A program made the translations under genes and the position numbers. Shown here piece by piece: positions 37,832-46,606 of a stretch of 59,394 nt of DNA. The DNA comes from Acidimicrobiia bacterium (GTDB lineage Bacteria; Actinomycetota; Acidimicrobiia; Spongiisociales; ZC4RG35). Numbering within the stretch: position 1 is the stretch's first letter; each line of letters opens with the position of its first letter. Under the pieces are notes generated by a model. The model did not search any database, was not told the origin of the DNA, and was given only the letters and a program-made list of their open reading frames with translations. Where the stretch lies: the NCBI GenBank assembly GCA_035250025.1, contig DATFFO010000082.1, forward strand, positions 1 through 59,394. The letters are read 5' to 3'.

Positions 37832-38074
37832 GCAAACTCAGGGGCGTGTGCTTCGGTGCATGACCGCTGCGATGGGACCAGTCTCGCAGTCACCCAGAGT
37901 CGGTGGTCCGAGTTTGGAGTCGCCACCTACCTCATGAGAGGGAGCGGCGCATCGGCTTCGCGCCACTCAGCGCTCGGCCACCTCCAGAGTCCCAGAAAAA
38001 CAACTATGCAAGTAGGACCACCTCCTTTCTCTGGTGCCGACATTGTGGCACAACTGGCGATCAATGCCAGCGGT
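37832..38074 (-). ncRNA. candidate sRNA or long structured 3' UTR downstream of the anti-sigma gene
   Basis: About 240 nt with no credible ORF, ending at the terminator. Local stems are 37902-37912/37973-37982 and 37946-37950/37960-37964. An AT-richer patch with CATAGT on the minus strand lies at 38003-38008. Confidence 0.25.
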
Positions 38075-38731
38075 TTAGGGGGGTGAGCCGTCACCCGGTG
38101 CGGTGTCGAGCATTGTCAAGGGGAAGGGGGTGAGATCGTCGTCGGCCGGCTCCAGCGTCACCCAGATCCTCGGAAAGGCCCCGCGTCTCACACCGGCCAT
38201 GACCTCGAAAGTCCCCGGGCCATTGAAGGTGCCGGCGGAGACGTGGCGACCATCAGCGGCCGTGAGCCAGACCTCGTAGTAGTGGCCCTCGGGGGCCTCG
38301 TCCAGTCCCGTCACCGCGAAGGACATCCTCGTGCCCTCGCCGCGGTTCCAACCCGAGACCGCCGCATGGGCCGTGGGCGGGGCGTCTGAACCAGGAACCA
38401 ACTCCACCGACCAGTCTGGGCGGCCCGTCAGCCATCCGAAGCCGAACACCAGGGCGGCCATCGCCACCGCTCCCGCCGCCAGCCATCTGGGAAGCCGGGA
38501 AGGCTGGGGCACGCTTTCACCGGCAACGCCGTCGACGACCCGCTGGGCGAGGTCGGCGGGCGGCTCCTCCCACACAACTGGGTCACGCAGCTGGCGGCCG
38601 AGGGCCTCCGCCGCCGATTGGCGGGCGCGGCAATCGGCGCACACGCCGAGATGCGCTTCGATCTCCTGACGATTCCGTTCCGAGCCGCCATCGCCGGCGG
38701 CGATGCGCTCCAACACCGAGTCGCAGTTCAC
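38075..38731 (-). CDS. anti-sigma factor, zf-HC2 N-terminus and RskA-like extracytoplasmic domain
   Basis: HLGVCADCR motif, single TM LAAGAVAMAALVFGFGWL, and a C-terminal YYEVWL...SAGTF pattern. The start overlaps the sigma stop by 4 nt. Confidence 0.8.
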   Translation of the reverse strand: MNCDSVLERIAAGDGGSERNRQEIEAHLGVCADCRARQSAAEALGRQLRDPVVWEEPPADLAQRVVDGVAGESVPQPSRLPRWLAAGAVAMAALVFGFGWLTGRPDWSVELVPGSDAPPTAHAAVSGWNRGEGTRMSFAVTGLDEAPEGHYYEVWLTAADGRHVSAGTFNGPGTFEVMAGVRRGAFPRIWVTLEPADDDLTPFPLTMLDTAPGDGSPP

Positions 38732-39258
38732 GCCGACTCCTCGCCCAGATGATGGAGCAACCCGGCCAGCCGTCGGAAGGCCCGATGGGTGCGCGACTTG
38801 ACCGTGCCGACAGGAATCCCCAGGGCTTCTGCGGCCTCCCGATGTGTGAGTTGCCTGTAGAAGGTCGCCTCGATCACTGCTCGTTCATCTTCCGGTAGGT
38901 CGTCCAGGGCGGCCCGCACTTCCCAGGTCTCCCACAGCCCCTCGAAGGAGGGGGGAAGCACGGCCATGTCGGTCTCTTCCCGCCGATTCTCTCGGTGGCG
39001 CCGCTCGCGGCGGTAGATATCGACCGCGGCGCGCCGGGCGATGGCGTACAGCCACGGCGCCGGGTCCAGTGCCGGGTCGAATCGTCCCGCCGCCCGCCAG
39101 GCGTTGACAAACGTCTGCTGCACGGCCTCCTCGGCCAGGGAGCGATCCCCCAGGCTCCGCAGCGCAACCGCAAAAACGGGACGGCTGTACCGAAGGTAGA
39201 GAACCCGCACCGCGTCGGGATCTCCGCGCTGGAAGCGGTGCATGAGCCGGCTCGTCAT
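38728..39258 (-). CDS. ECF-type sigma-70 family sigma factor
   Basis: ATG 39258 (MTSRLMHRFQRGD...). Regions 2 and 4 are present (PWLYAIARRAAVDIYRRE, GIPVGTVKSRTHRAFRRL). The long ORF-track N-terminus is rejected. Confidence 0.88.
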   Translation of the reverse strand: MTSRLMHRFQRGDPDAVRVLYLRYSRPVFAVALRSLGDRSLAEEAVQQTFVNAWRAAGRFDPALDPAPWLYAIARRAAVDIYRRERRHRENRREETDMAVLPPSFEGLWETWEVRAALDDLPEDERAVIEATFYRQLTHREAAEALGIPVGTVKSRTHRAFRRLAGLLHHLGEESA

Positions 39259-39314
39259 CTCCAGACCCACAATACGGAAGGGAGGGCCAGTCGGTTCTCG
39301 CCAACCGGTCGGAA

Positions 39315-40166
39315 TCAGAGGGCGAGGCTGTCTACCAGTTCCTGCCAGAGCCCGCCGAGCGCATCCGTCGCCCGATTGAACGACCACAGAAGGACCACCA
39401 CGATACCGATGACGAGGGCGGCGGTGACCAGTGCCCGGATGCGGTATTGCTGACGCGCCTCCGGGTCCTCGACATACGACGGCTCGCCGGGGGCTGCCGC
39501 CTCGAGCACGGTGGGTGGAGCCGCCCGCCGCGCCCGGCGAGGTTCTGAACCCTCTCCCGGGACACGCTTCTCGCCGTGGCGAGGCGGCTCGTCCTCGGCG
39601 CCCGCGAGTCGGACCTGGTCGACGACAGGACCCGGATCCTCGATGGCAGCGACCTTCGGGTCCATTCCGGGGATGGAGGCGGGTCGCGGTGGCGCCGCCG
39701 TCCACGGGCGATGTTCGGGGCTCGCCGGGACGTCCGGAGCCGTGCTGGCAGGAGGTGCCGGGGGCAACGGTTTGTCCTTCGCCTGCGGCAGGGACTCTTC
39801 GGGCTTGGGGCCAGATCCATCGCCGGTCTCCGCCGAATCTGATCGGACGACGTCGACCTCGGCCCTCTGTGCGGGGAGCGGAATGATCCTCTCGGCCGTC
39901 AGCGACGCGTACGCCTGCTCCACGGTGGGGTTGTCTTCCTTGGCCGGCGCCTCGAATCCAGCCCTCTCGAGTGCCTCGGACTCATCGAGGCCGAGCACAG
40001 CCGCCAGGGCCACCACGTCGGACCGTTCGGAAGGTGACGACTGAGCCCGCTCCCAATTCCTGATGGTGCTGGCGGAACGGCCCACCAGGTCACCAAGACG
40101 CGCCTGGGACAGCCCGAGAGCGTCCCGGCGCTTCTTTATGAGACGGGCGAATGAGTGATCCCCCAT
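39315..40166 (-). CDS. XRE-family helix-turn-helix protein with Pro-rich linker and C-terminal TM helix
   Basis: Start MGDHSFARL, placed by residue offset from the ORF track. The HTH is LGLSQARLGDLVGRSASTIRNWERA and the TM is ALVTAALVIGIVVVLLW. Confidence 0.75.
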   Translation of the reverse strand: MGDHSFARLIKKRRDALGLSQARLGDLVGRSASTIRNWERAQSSPSERSDVVALAAVLGLDESEALERAGFEAPAKEDNPTVEQAYASLTAERIIPLPAQRAEVDVVRSDSAETGDGSGPKPEESLPQAKDKPLPPAPPASTAPDVPASPEHRPWTAAPPRPASIPGMDPKVAAIEDPGPVVDQVRLAGAEDEPPRHGEKRVPGEGSEPRRARRAAPPTVLEAAAPGEPSYVEDPEARQQYRIRALVTAALVIGIVVVLLWSFNRATDALGGLWQELVDSLAL

Positions 40167-40176
40167 GCCGGTCAGG

Positions 40177-40446
40177 TTACCGACCTGACCCACTTGTTCC
40201 TGTTCTTGCCTCTTCTCGGTTCGGTCGCTCGTCCGGCGCCCCCTCCGGCGGACGCCATGCCGCCACCACCAATGGCGTCCAGCGGGCAGGGCCGACGGGA
40301 TGTTCCTCCTCGTAGGCTTCGAGAGCATGAGGAGCGCACATGACACCGGTAGGCGTCTTGATGAAGGCCCGGGCGGAACAGCGCGGGCACACGTGGACCT
40401 GGACCATTCTCTCTAGACCCTTTCGCATCTCACCCTGTGTCGGCAT
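40177..40446 (-). CDS. hypothetical small Cys-containing protein (possible zinc ribbon)
   Basis: VHVCPRCSARAFIKTPTGVMCAPH. It ends 10 nt before the HTH gene. Coding bias is moderate and the start is uncertain (possibly the internal MVQVH). Confidence 0.35.
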   Translation of the reverse strand: MPTQGEMRKGLERMVQVHVCPRCSARAFIKTPTGVMCAPHALEAYEEEHPVGPARWTPLVVAAWRPPEGAPDERPNREEARTGTSGSGR

Positions 40447-40491
40447 TCTCGTGCCGACGGCCTCGGATCATCCGCGAAGTCTCCCGCGGGA

Positions 40492-42774
40492 CTAGCCCAC
40501 CGGGACCGCTCTCCTGCGCCGCTGGGCGTCGGCCACGGCGACCGCGGTGAGGTTCACGACGTCGCTCACCTCGGCATCGCGCTGGAGGACGTGGACTGAC
40601 TTGGAGAGCCCCGAAAGGATCGGGCCGATCACCTCCGCCCCGGCGAGGCGGTTCAGCAGCTGATACGAGGCGTTGGCGGCGGTGAGGTTCGGGAAGACGA
40701 GGACGTTGGCGGGGTACTCGAGCGGCCCACCGGGACGGCGCCGGTCGAGGAGATCGGCCACGACGGCCGTCCCCGCCTGCATCTCGCCGTCGACCGGCAT
40801 CTCAGGATGACGGCTGTGAAACAGCTCCACGGCTTGGCGGACCCGGGCCGGCTCCTCGCCTCCGGCGGAACCGAAGTCGGAGTAGCTCACGAAGGCGACC
40901 CGGGGCTGACGGTCGAACTGACGCTGGGCCGTGTCGACCGCCGCCTCGGCGATCTCGACGAGTTGCTCGGCCGTGGGCTCGATGTTCACGGCGCAGTCGG
41001 TGAAGAAGTACGGCGTCCCCCGCACCACGACGACGTAGAGAGACGACACGATCGTCCGCCCTTCCTCTACTCGCAGGACCTGGAGGGCGGGGCGGATCGT
41101 CTCGGCGTAGAACGTCGTCAGACCGCCGAGGACGGCGTCGGCGGTCCCTTCCCGCACCATCAGGCTGGCGTACATGTTCGGATCCAGCACCCACTTCTCA
41201 GCCTCGTGCAGCGACACGCCCTTGTGGCGACGCAGCTCCTCCAAGGTATGGGCGTAGCGCCGGCGGGTCTCCTCCTCGGCGTTGGGGTCGACCGTCTCGA
41301 TCCCATCCAGCGACACTCCCGACTCCGAGGCCAGTTCGCGCATGAGGCCGACGTCTCCGACCAGGACCGGGGAGGCAACTCCTTCGTCGAGGACACGACG
41401 GGCGGCGCGAATGATGCGCAGGTCGTGGCCATGGGGATAGGCGACCCGCATCGGCTGGGTGCGGGCCTTCGACGTGATGGTGTTGATGAGGCCATATGAG
41501 GCCTGGAACCGTCCCTGCAGAGCCCGGCGGTATTCCTCCATGTCCTCGATCGGGCGCCGGGCGAGTCCCTCGTCACAGGCCGCCTGGGCGACGGCGGGCG
41601 CCACCCGCACGAGGACCCTGGGATCGAACGGTTTGGGGATGAGGTAGTCGCGCGAGAACTGGAGCCGCTCGAGGTTGTAGGCGCGCAGCACCTGATCGGG
41701 GACGTCCTCCCGGGCGAGATCGGCCAGAGCCTGGGCGGCCGCCACCTTCATGCCCTCCGAGACTCCCTTGGCGCGCACGTCGAGGGCACCGCGGAATATG
41801 AAGGGGAACCCGAGGACATTGTTGACCTGATTGGGATAGTCGGATCGGCCCGTGGCGACGATGGCGTCGGGACGGGCCGCCTTGGCGTCCTCGTAGGAGA
41901 TCTCGGGATAGGGGTTGGCGAGGGCGAAGACGAGCGGGTCGGGACCCATGGAGCGCACCATGTCCTGAGTCATCGCCCCTTCCACCGAAACGCCCACGAA
42001 GGCGTCGGCCCCTACGAGCGCGTCGGCCAGGGTCCGCGCCTTGGTCTCGCGGGCGAACTCCTCCTTGATCGGTGTGAGGTCGTCGCGATCGCTGTGGATG
42101 ACACCGGTGGAGTCCACCATCAGCATGTTCTCGGGGCGGACGCCGAGCTCGACGAAGAACCGCGCCGTGGCCACGCCTGCCGCCCCCGCTCCGCTGAACA
42201 CGACCTTCATCTCCCCTGCGGGGCGATTCGTCAACTCGAGAGCATTGAGAAAGGCGGCGCCGCCGATGATCGCGGTGCCGTGCTGGTCGTCGTGGAACAC
42301 GGGGATGTCGAGACGCGAGCGCAACGTCGCCTCGACCTCGAAGCAACCCGGGGCCTTGATGTCCTCGAGGTTGATGCCGCCCACGGTCGGGGCGAGCATC
42401 TCGCAGAAGCGGATGATGTCGGCGGGCTCGGTGGCGTCGACCTCGATGTCGAACACGTCGATGTCGGCAAACCGCTTGAACAGGACTGCCTTGCCCTCCA
42501 TGACCGGCTTGGAGGCGAGGGGACCGATGTTGCCCAGGCCGAGCACAGCGCTGCCGTTGGAGACGACAGCCACAAGGTTGGCCTTGTTAGTGAAGCGGAA
42601 GGCGGCCTCCGGGTCGTCGGCGATCGCCAGGCATGGCTCCGCCACTCCGGGCGTGTAGGCAAGGCTCAGGTCGGCCTGGGTGGCGGTGGGCTTGGTGGGC
42701 CGGATCTCGAGCTTTCCCGGCCTGGGGCGCTCGTGGTACTCGAGGGCCTCGGAAAAAGTGGGTGTCTTGGCCAT
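40492..42774 (-). CDS. maeB: NADP-dependent malic enzyme with C-terminal phosphotransacetylase-like domain
   Basis: ATG 42774 (MAKTPTFSEALEYHE...). It has LSLAYTPGVA, GSAVLGLGNIG and VFSGAGAAG, followed by a PTA-like C-terminal half. Confidence 0.92.
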   Translation of the reverse strand: MAKTPTFSEALEYHERPRPGKLEIRPTKPTATQADLSLAYTPGVAEPCLAIADDPEAAFRFTNKANLVAVVSNGSAVLGLGNIGPLASKPVMEGKAVLFKRFADIDVFDIEVDATEPADIIRFCEMLAPTVGGINLEDIKAPGCFEVEATLRSRLDIPVFHDDQHGTAIIGGAAFLNALELTNRPAGEMKVVFSGAGAAGVATARFFVELGVRPENMLMVDSTGVIHSDRDDLTPIKEEFARETKARTLADALVGADAFVGVSVEGAMTQDMVRSMGPDPLVFALANPYPEISYEDAKAARPDAIVATGRSDYPNQVNNVLGFPFIFRGALDVRAKGVSEGMKVAAAQALADLAREDVPDQVLRAYNLERLQFSRDYLIPKPFDPRVLVRVAPAVAQAACDEGLARRPIEDMEEYRRALQGRFQASYGLINTITSKARTQPMRVAYPHGHDLRIIRAARRVLDEGVASPVLVGDVGLMRELASESGVSLDGIETVDPNAEEETRRRYAHTLEELRRHKGVSLHEAEKWVLDPNMYASLMVREGTADAVLGGLTTFYAETIRPALQVLRVEEGRTIVSSLYVVVVRGTPYFFTDCAVNIEPTAEQLVEIAEAAVDTAQRQFDRQPRVAFVSYSDFGSAGGEEPARVRQAVELFHSRHPEMPVDGEMQAGTAVVADLLDRRRPGGPLEYPANVLVFPNLTAANASYQLLNRLAGAEVIGPILSGLSKSVHVLQRDAEVSDVVNLTAVAVADAQRRRRAVPVG

Positions 42775-42840
42775 TGCGGCCGATCCTACCGGGCGAGCCG
42801 CAAATCGCCCTCCTCGGCCTCCGGTGCGAGAATCGGCGTG

Positions 42841-43131
42841 ATGACCCAACACGACAACGGATACAAGGTGATGGGCGGCTGGCGCGTCGGCGCCCCACCC
42901 GAGGAGTCCACCACCAAGTCCGGGCTCCTTGTCCCCGTCGGCACCAAGGAGGGCAACGACGCCTTGGCCCTGATCGATGTCTCCACCGGCCAACGCTTCT
43001 GGGCGGTGCCAACCGGGGCCTGGCGTTTCATATGGCCCGCCACCGGGAAACCCGTCGTCGCCGTTCGTGAGTCGCAGATCATCGCCGAAGAGGAACTCGA
43101 GCACGTCACTGCCGAGGGCCAGTATCTGTGA
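42841..43131 (+). CDS. hypothetical protein (96 aa)
   Basis: ATG 42841 is at the tail of an otherwise antisense ORF. It shows strong G/C third-position bias and sits between the maeB promoter region and hflX. No domain recognised. Confidence 0.5.
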   Translation: MTQHDNGYKVMGGWRVGAPPEESTTKSGLLVPVGTKEGNDALALIDVSTGQRFWAVPTGAWRFIWPATGKPVVAVRESQIIAEEELEHVTAEGQYL

Positions 43132-43183
43132 TCGGTTATTCGGATGACAGAGAGGAACCAGGTCACGACAATCGGCCGCCGAC

Positions 43184-44494
43184 ATGACTGACTCTCCCAC
43201 CGGCCGCTCCGGCCGCCGTCTCACCGCCACTGTCACCGACCTGGAGGTAGCTCGCCAGAGGGGCTTCCTCGTCGGCGTCGTGACTCATGGTGAGCACATG
43301 GAGGCCGCCGAGCGTTCACTCGAGGAACTCGCCCTGCTCACCGACACCGCCGGCTCGGATCCGATCGACTCCGAGCTGGTGCGCCGCGACCGCATCGATC
43401 CCGCCACCTACATCGGTTCGGGCAAAGCCGCCGAACTGGCCGAGCTGACGACCGGCCTCGACATCGACGTCGTCGTGTTCGACAACCCGCTCACGCCTGC
43501 CCAGCAGCGCAACCTGCAGAAGATCTTCCACTGCGACGTGGTCGACCGCGAAGCGGTGATCCTCGACATCTTCGCCGAGAACGCCACTTCGAAGCAGGGC
43601 GCCCTCCAGGTCGAGCTCGCCCTGTACCGCTACAACCTGCCCCGCCTCCGGGGCAAGGGGGCCGAGTTGTCGCAGCAGGCGGGAGGCATCGGCGCTCGCC
43701 GCGGGCCCGGTGAGACCAAGCTCGAGACCGATCGCCGCCGCATCCAGGCCCGCATCACCCGCCTCACCCGCGACCTCGAGGACGCCACCAAGGTCCTCGC
43801 CACCCAACGCAAGGCCCGCAAACGGTCGGCCACGCCCCACGTGGCCCTCGTCGGCTACACCAACGCCGGCAAGTCGACACTCCTCAACCAGGTGACCGAC
43901 GCCCACGTCCTCGCCCAGAATCGCCTCTTCTCCACCCTCGACTCGACCGTCCGCAAGCTCAACCTGCCCAACGGACCTGCGGCGGTCATCTCTGACACCG
44001 TGGGATTCGTGCGGCGCCTCCCCCACCACCTGGTCGAGGCTTTCCGCTCGACGCTCATCGAGGTCAAGGAGGCCGACCTGCTGCTCCACGTGGTCGACGC
44101 CGCCGACGCCGATCCCGAGGGCCAGATCGCGGCGGTGCGCGAGGTGCTGGCCGAGATCGAAGCCACCGATGTTCCTGAGCGCCTCGTCTTCAACAAGATC
44201 GACCTCGCCGGTGACACCGCCCTGACCCGTCTCAGGAACCTGTATCCGGAGGCGATCTTCGTGTCCGCTCTCACCGGCGAAGGCATCCCTGAGCTGCTGG
44301 CGGCGGTGGCGGAGGACCTGGAAAAGCAGATGGACGTTCTCACGCTCATGGTTCCCTACGACCGCGGTGACGTCATCGCCTCGGCCCATCGGCTGGGCGA
44401 CGTCCTCGCCGAGAAGCACGACGAGGAAGGCACTGTCCTCGAGGTGAGGCTCCCCGCCCATCTCCAGGGCGAGTTCAAGAAGTTCGCCAGCTGA
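43184..44494 (+). CDS. hflX: GTPase HflX
   Basis: HflX N-terminal domain plus G motifs GYTNAGKST, DTVGF and NKID. Confidence 0.92.
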   Translation: MTDSPTGRSGRRLTATVTDLEVARQRGFLVGVVTHGEHMEAAERSLEELALLTDTAGSDPIDSELVRRDRIDPATYIGSGKAAELAELTTGLDIDVVVFDNPLTPAQQRNLQKIFHCDVVDREAVILDIFAENATSKQGALQVELALYRYNLPRLRGKGAELSQQAGGIGARRGPGETKLETDRRRIQARITRLTRDLEDATKVLATQRKARKRSATPHVALVGYTNAGKSTLLNQVTDAHVLAQNRLFSTLDSTVRKLNLPNGPAAVISDTVGFVRRLPHHLVEAFRSTLIEVKEADLLLHVVDAADADPEGQIAAVREVLAEIEATDVPERLVFNKIDLAGDTALTRLRNLYPEAIFVSALTGEGIPELLAAVAEDLEKQMDVLTLMVPYDRGDVIASAHRLGDVLAEKHDEEGTVLEVRLPAHLQGEFKKFAS

Positions 44495-44559
44495 GGCTCG
44501 CTGCGCGGCGAAGCGGGCGGCGCCGCTTTGGGCGCGAGGCGAACCTTCCCCCGGGGTGA

Positions 44560-44701
44560 TTCTTTGGATGAGGGGGAACGGCCTGGCGCTTCTTTCGACC
44601 GTGGCCATCGCTCTGAGTTCCCCACGGTCTAAAGAAGTCGAGGACCGTTCCCCACCGTCAAGAGAAGGCCGAGCGAACTTCCGTCTTCCGTCTTCCGTCT
44701 C
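44560..44701 (-). repeat. Family-2 intergenic repeat, inverted orientation
   Basis: TTCTTTGGATGAGGGGGAACGGCCTGGC ... CCGTTCCCCACCGTCAAGAGAA ... CTTCCGTCTTCCGTCTTCCGTCTC. It abuts the stop codon of the 44700 gene. Confidence 0.78.
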
Positions 44702-45821
44702 AAAGACTCCCGTCTGGCCGGCTGATAACGAACACTTCGTCCTCGAACCAGACCGTAGGATGGCGGGCCATCACCTCGCGGGTCGCCCGCTCCCAGGCGC
44801 CCGAACGCATGGCCTCGGAGAGGCGGGACTCGTCGATCTGCGCCACATAGGCGGCGGCGTTCCAGGTGGCCAGCACCGACGAGGTGCCGATGTGCTCGGC
44901 CGACTCCGACGGCATCGTGTGCATCTCGTAGCGGACTACGGCATCGTCGGGATCTAGCTCCGGGAACTCCAGGTCGGTGTCGGCTAGCTGGCGGCGGGCC
45001 TCGGCAACGACGTCGGCTGCGCTGTCACCGAATGGTTCCAGGTCGGGCCACACCCGGCGGACGATCTCCATCCCCGGGTCGCGGCCGCGCGATTGGATTC
45101 CCACCAGACGCCCACCTGGGGCGAGCGCCCGGGCGAGAGGCGATAGAACGGTGGCGACCTTGCGATGGAGGGGGGCCGCCGCCCGGTAGGCCTGGGCGGA
45201 GATGATCAGGTCGTAACCGATGAGCGGCTCGCCGAGGTGTGGGATCAGGGGCCGAAGCATGAACTCGTGGTCCTGGCGATAAACGATGAGGACGGAGGGT
45301 CGCACGTAGACCGGGTTCCCGGTCTCGGGACTCGTCGTCACCTCCCAGTCGGAGGCGAGGAAGGGGAGCAGCTGACCCAACTGGGCGGCGAAATCGTGTG
45401 ACGTGTCGCCGGTCAGGCTCACCTCGCGCCACACCAGGTCGGTGGCGTCGGTGGGGGCGAGTTGGGGCGCCTCCGAGAATCGGAGGTTGGTCACGACAAA
45501 CACCATCTCGGGGTGCTCGAACAGGCGGTCGGGCAGGCGGGAGAGGGCCTGGCGCACGTCTTCCAGGCTGATCTCCTTGCCGACCACCGCCCAGGGGATG
45601 TGGGGGTACACCTGGTGCATCTCCCGCATCAACTGCGTGAGCACCGAGGCGTCGCCCATGCCGGCGTCGAACACCCTCAGTCCCGGAGGCTTCGGAGAGA
45701 TCAGATCCAGTTCCCGGCCGATGCGCTCGGCCACGGCCGTCTTCTCGGAGGTCGCAGTCGCAAAGAGCAGGTACGCCGCCCGGGTATCGAAGAATAGCCC
45801 GGGCGGCGGGCGCTCGGTCAC
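44700..45821 (-). CDS. hypothetical protein, possible class-I SAM-dependent methyltransferase
   Basis: 373 aa with a Gly-rich VFDAGMGDAS motif and a later GGRLVG. The start overlaps the ppgK stop by 4 nt. Confidence 0.65.
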   Translation of the reverse strand: MTERPPPGLFFDTRAAYLLFATATSEKTAVAERIGRELDLISPKPPGLRVFDAGMGDASVLTQLMREMHQVYPHIPWAVVGKEISLEDVRQALSRLPDRLFEHPEMVFVVTNLRFSEAPQLAPTDATDLVWREVSLTGDTSHDFAAQLGQLLPFLASDWEVTTSPETGNPVYVRPSVLIVYRQDHEFMLRPLIPHLGEPLIGYDLIISAQAYRAAAPLHRKVATVLSPLARALAPGGRLVGIQSRGRDPGMEIVRRVWPDLEPFGDSAADVVAEARRQLADTDLEFPELDPDDAVVRYEMHTMPSESAEHIGTSSVLATWNAAAYVAQIDESRLSEAMRSGAWERATREVMARHPTVWFEDEVFVISRPDGSL

Positions 45822-46561
45822 AATGCGGCCGCCGCCATTGCCGCTCCTACGATTCCGGCCTCGTTACGCAGCTCGGCGGGGACGATCTCGCTGTCCACGT
45901 CGAGGTACTGGGAGAACTTTGAGAACTTGCGGCTGATCCCGCCGCCGAGGATGAACAGGTCGGGTGAGAAGACCTGATCCAGGTGGTTGAGATAGGCGTT
46001 GACACGCTTGCCCCAGGCCGACCAGGACAGGCCCTCGTCGTCCTTCACCCGGGCCGCCGCCCAGTCCTCGACCGAGTCGAAGCCGGCGAAGTTGAGGTGG
46101 CCGAACTCGGTGTTGGGCACCAGCACGCGGTGGGTGAAGAGAGCGCTCCCGATTCCCGTACCGAACGTGAGGCACACCACCACGCCGTCGCGGTGGCGCC
46201 CGGCGCCGAACGTCATCTCGGCGATGCCGGCGGCGTCGGCGTCGTTGACCATGGTCACCTGCCGACCGGTGACGGACTCGAAGAGGGCGTCGGCGTCGGT
46301 GCCGATCCACGCCTCGTCGACGTTGGCCGCAGAGAGGGTGACTCCGCGCCGTACCACGGCGGGGAACGTGCAGCCGACCGGGCCGGGAACGGCGAAATGG
46401 TCGACGATTCCGGCGACCACCTCGGCCACTGCCTGGGGCACCGACGGCTGCGGGGTGTCGACCTTGTAGCGCTCGCCCACCGGCTCCCCCCGGTCGAGAT
46501 CGACCAGGTTGGCCTTGATCCCCGAGCCACCGATGTCGATGCCGAGTACTGGGTCCGCCAT
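45818..46561 (-). CDS. ppgK: polyphosphate glucokinase (ROK family)
   Basis: ATG 46561 (MADPVLGIDIGGSGIK...). 247 aa with DADAAG, TFGTGIGSALF and ILGGGIS. The longer ORF-track N-terminus is rejected. Confidence 0.88.
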   Translation of the reverse strand: MADPVLGIDIGGSGIKANLVDLDRGEPVGERYKVDTPQPSVPQAVAEVVAGIVDHFAVPGPVGCTFPAVVRRGVTLSAANVDEAWIGTDADALFESVTGRQVTMVNDADAAGIAEMTFGAGRHRDGVVVCLTFGTGIGSALFTHRVLVPNTEFGHLNFAGFDSVEDWAAARVKDDEGLSWSAWGKRVNAYLNHLDQVFSPDLFILGGGISRKFSKFSQYLDVDSEIVPAELRNEAGIVGAAMAAAAL

Positions 46562-46606
46562 GGCTGAGAGGATACGGCGCTGGGCGGCGGCGGTAGCGTG
46601 CGGGTG

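Noticed and set aside
37832-38074. Tested by eye for tmRNA (tag ORF, tRNA-like 3' end), SRP RNA (GGAA-loop AGCAGC motif), RNase P (GAGGAAAGUCC), tRNA T-arm (GGTTCGAAT) and a small peptide after the GAAAGGAGG motif.
   Set aside because: None of the signature motifs is present. The only ORF after the Shine-Dalgarno-like sequence is a 14-codon TTG-initiated frame with no support. It is kept only as an unclassified candidate RNA.
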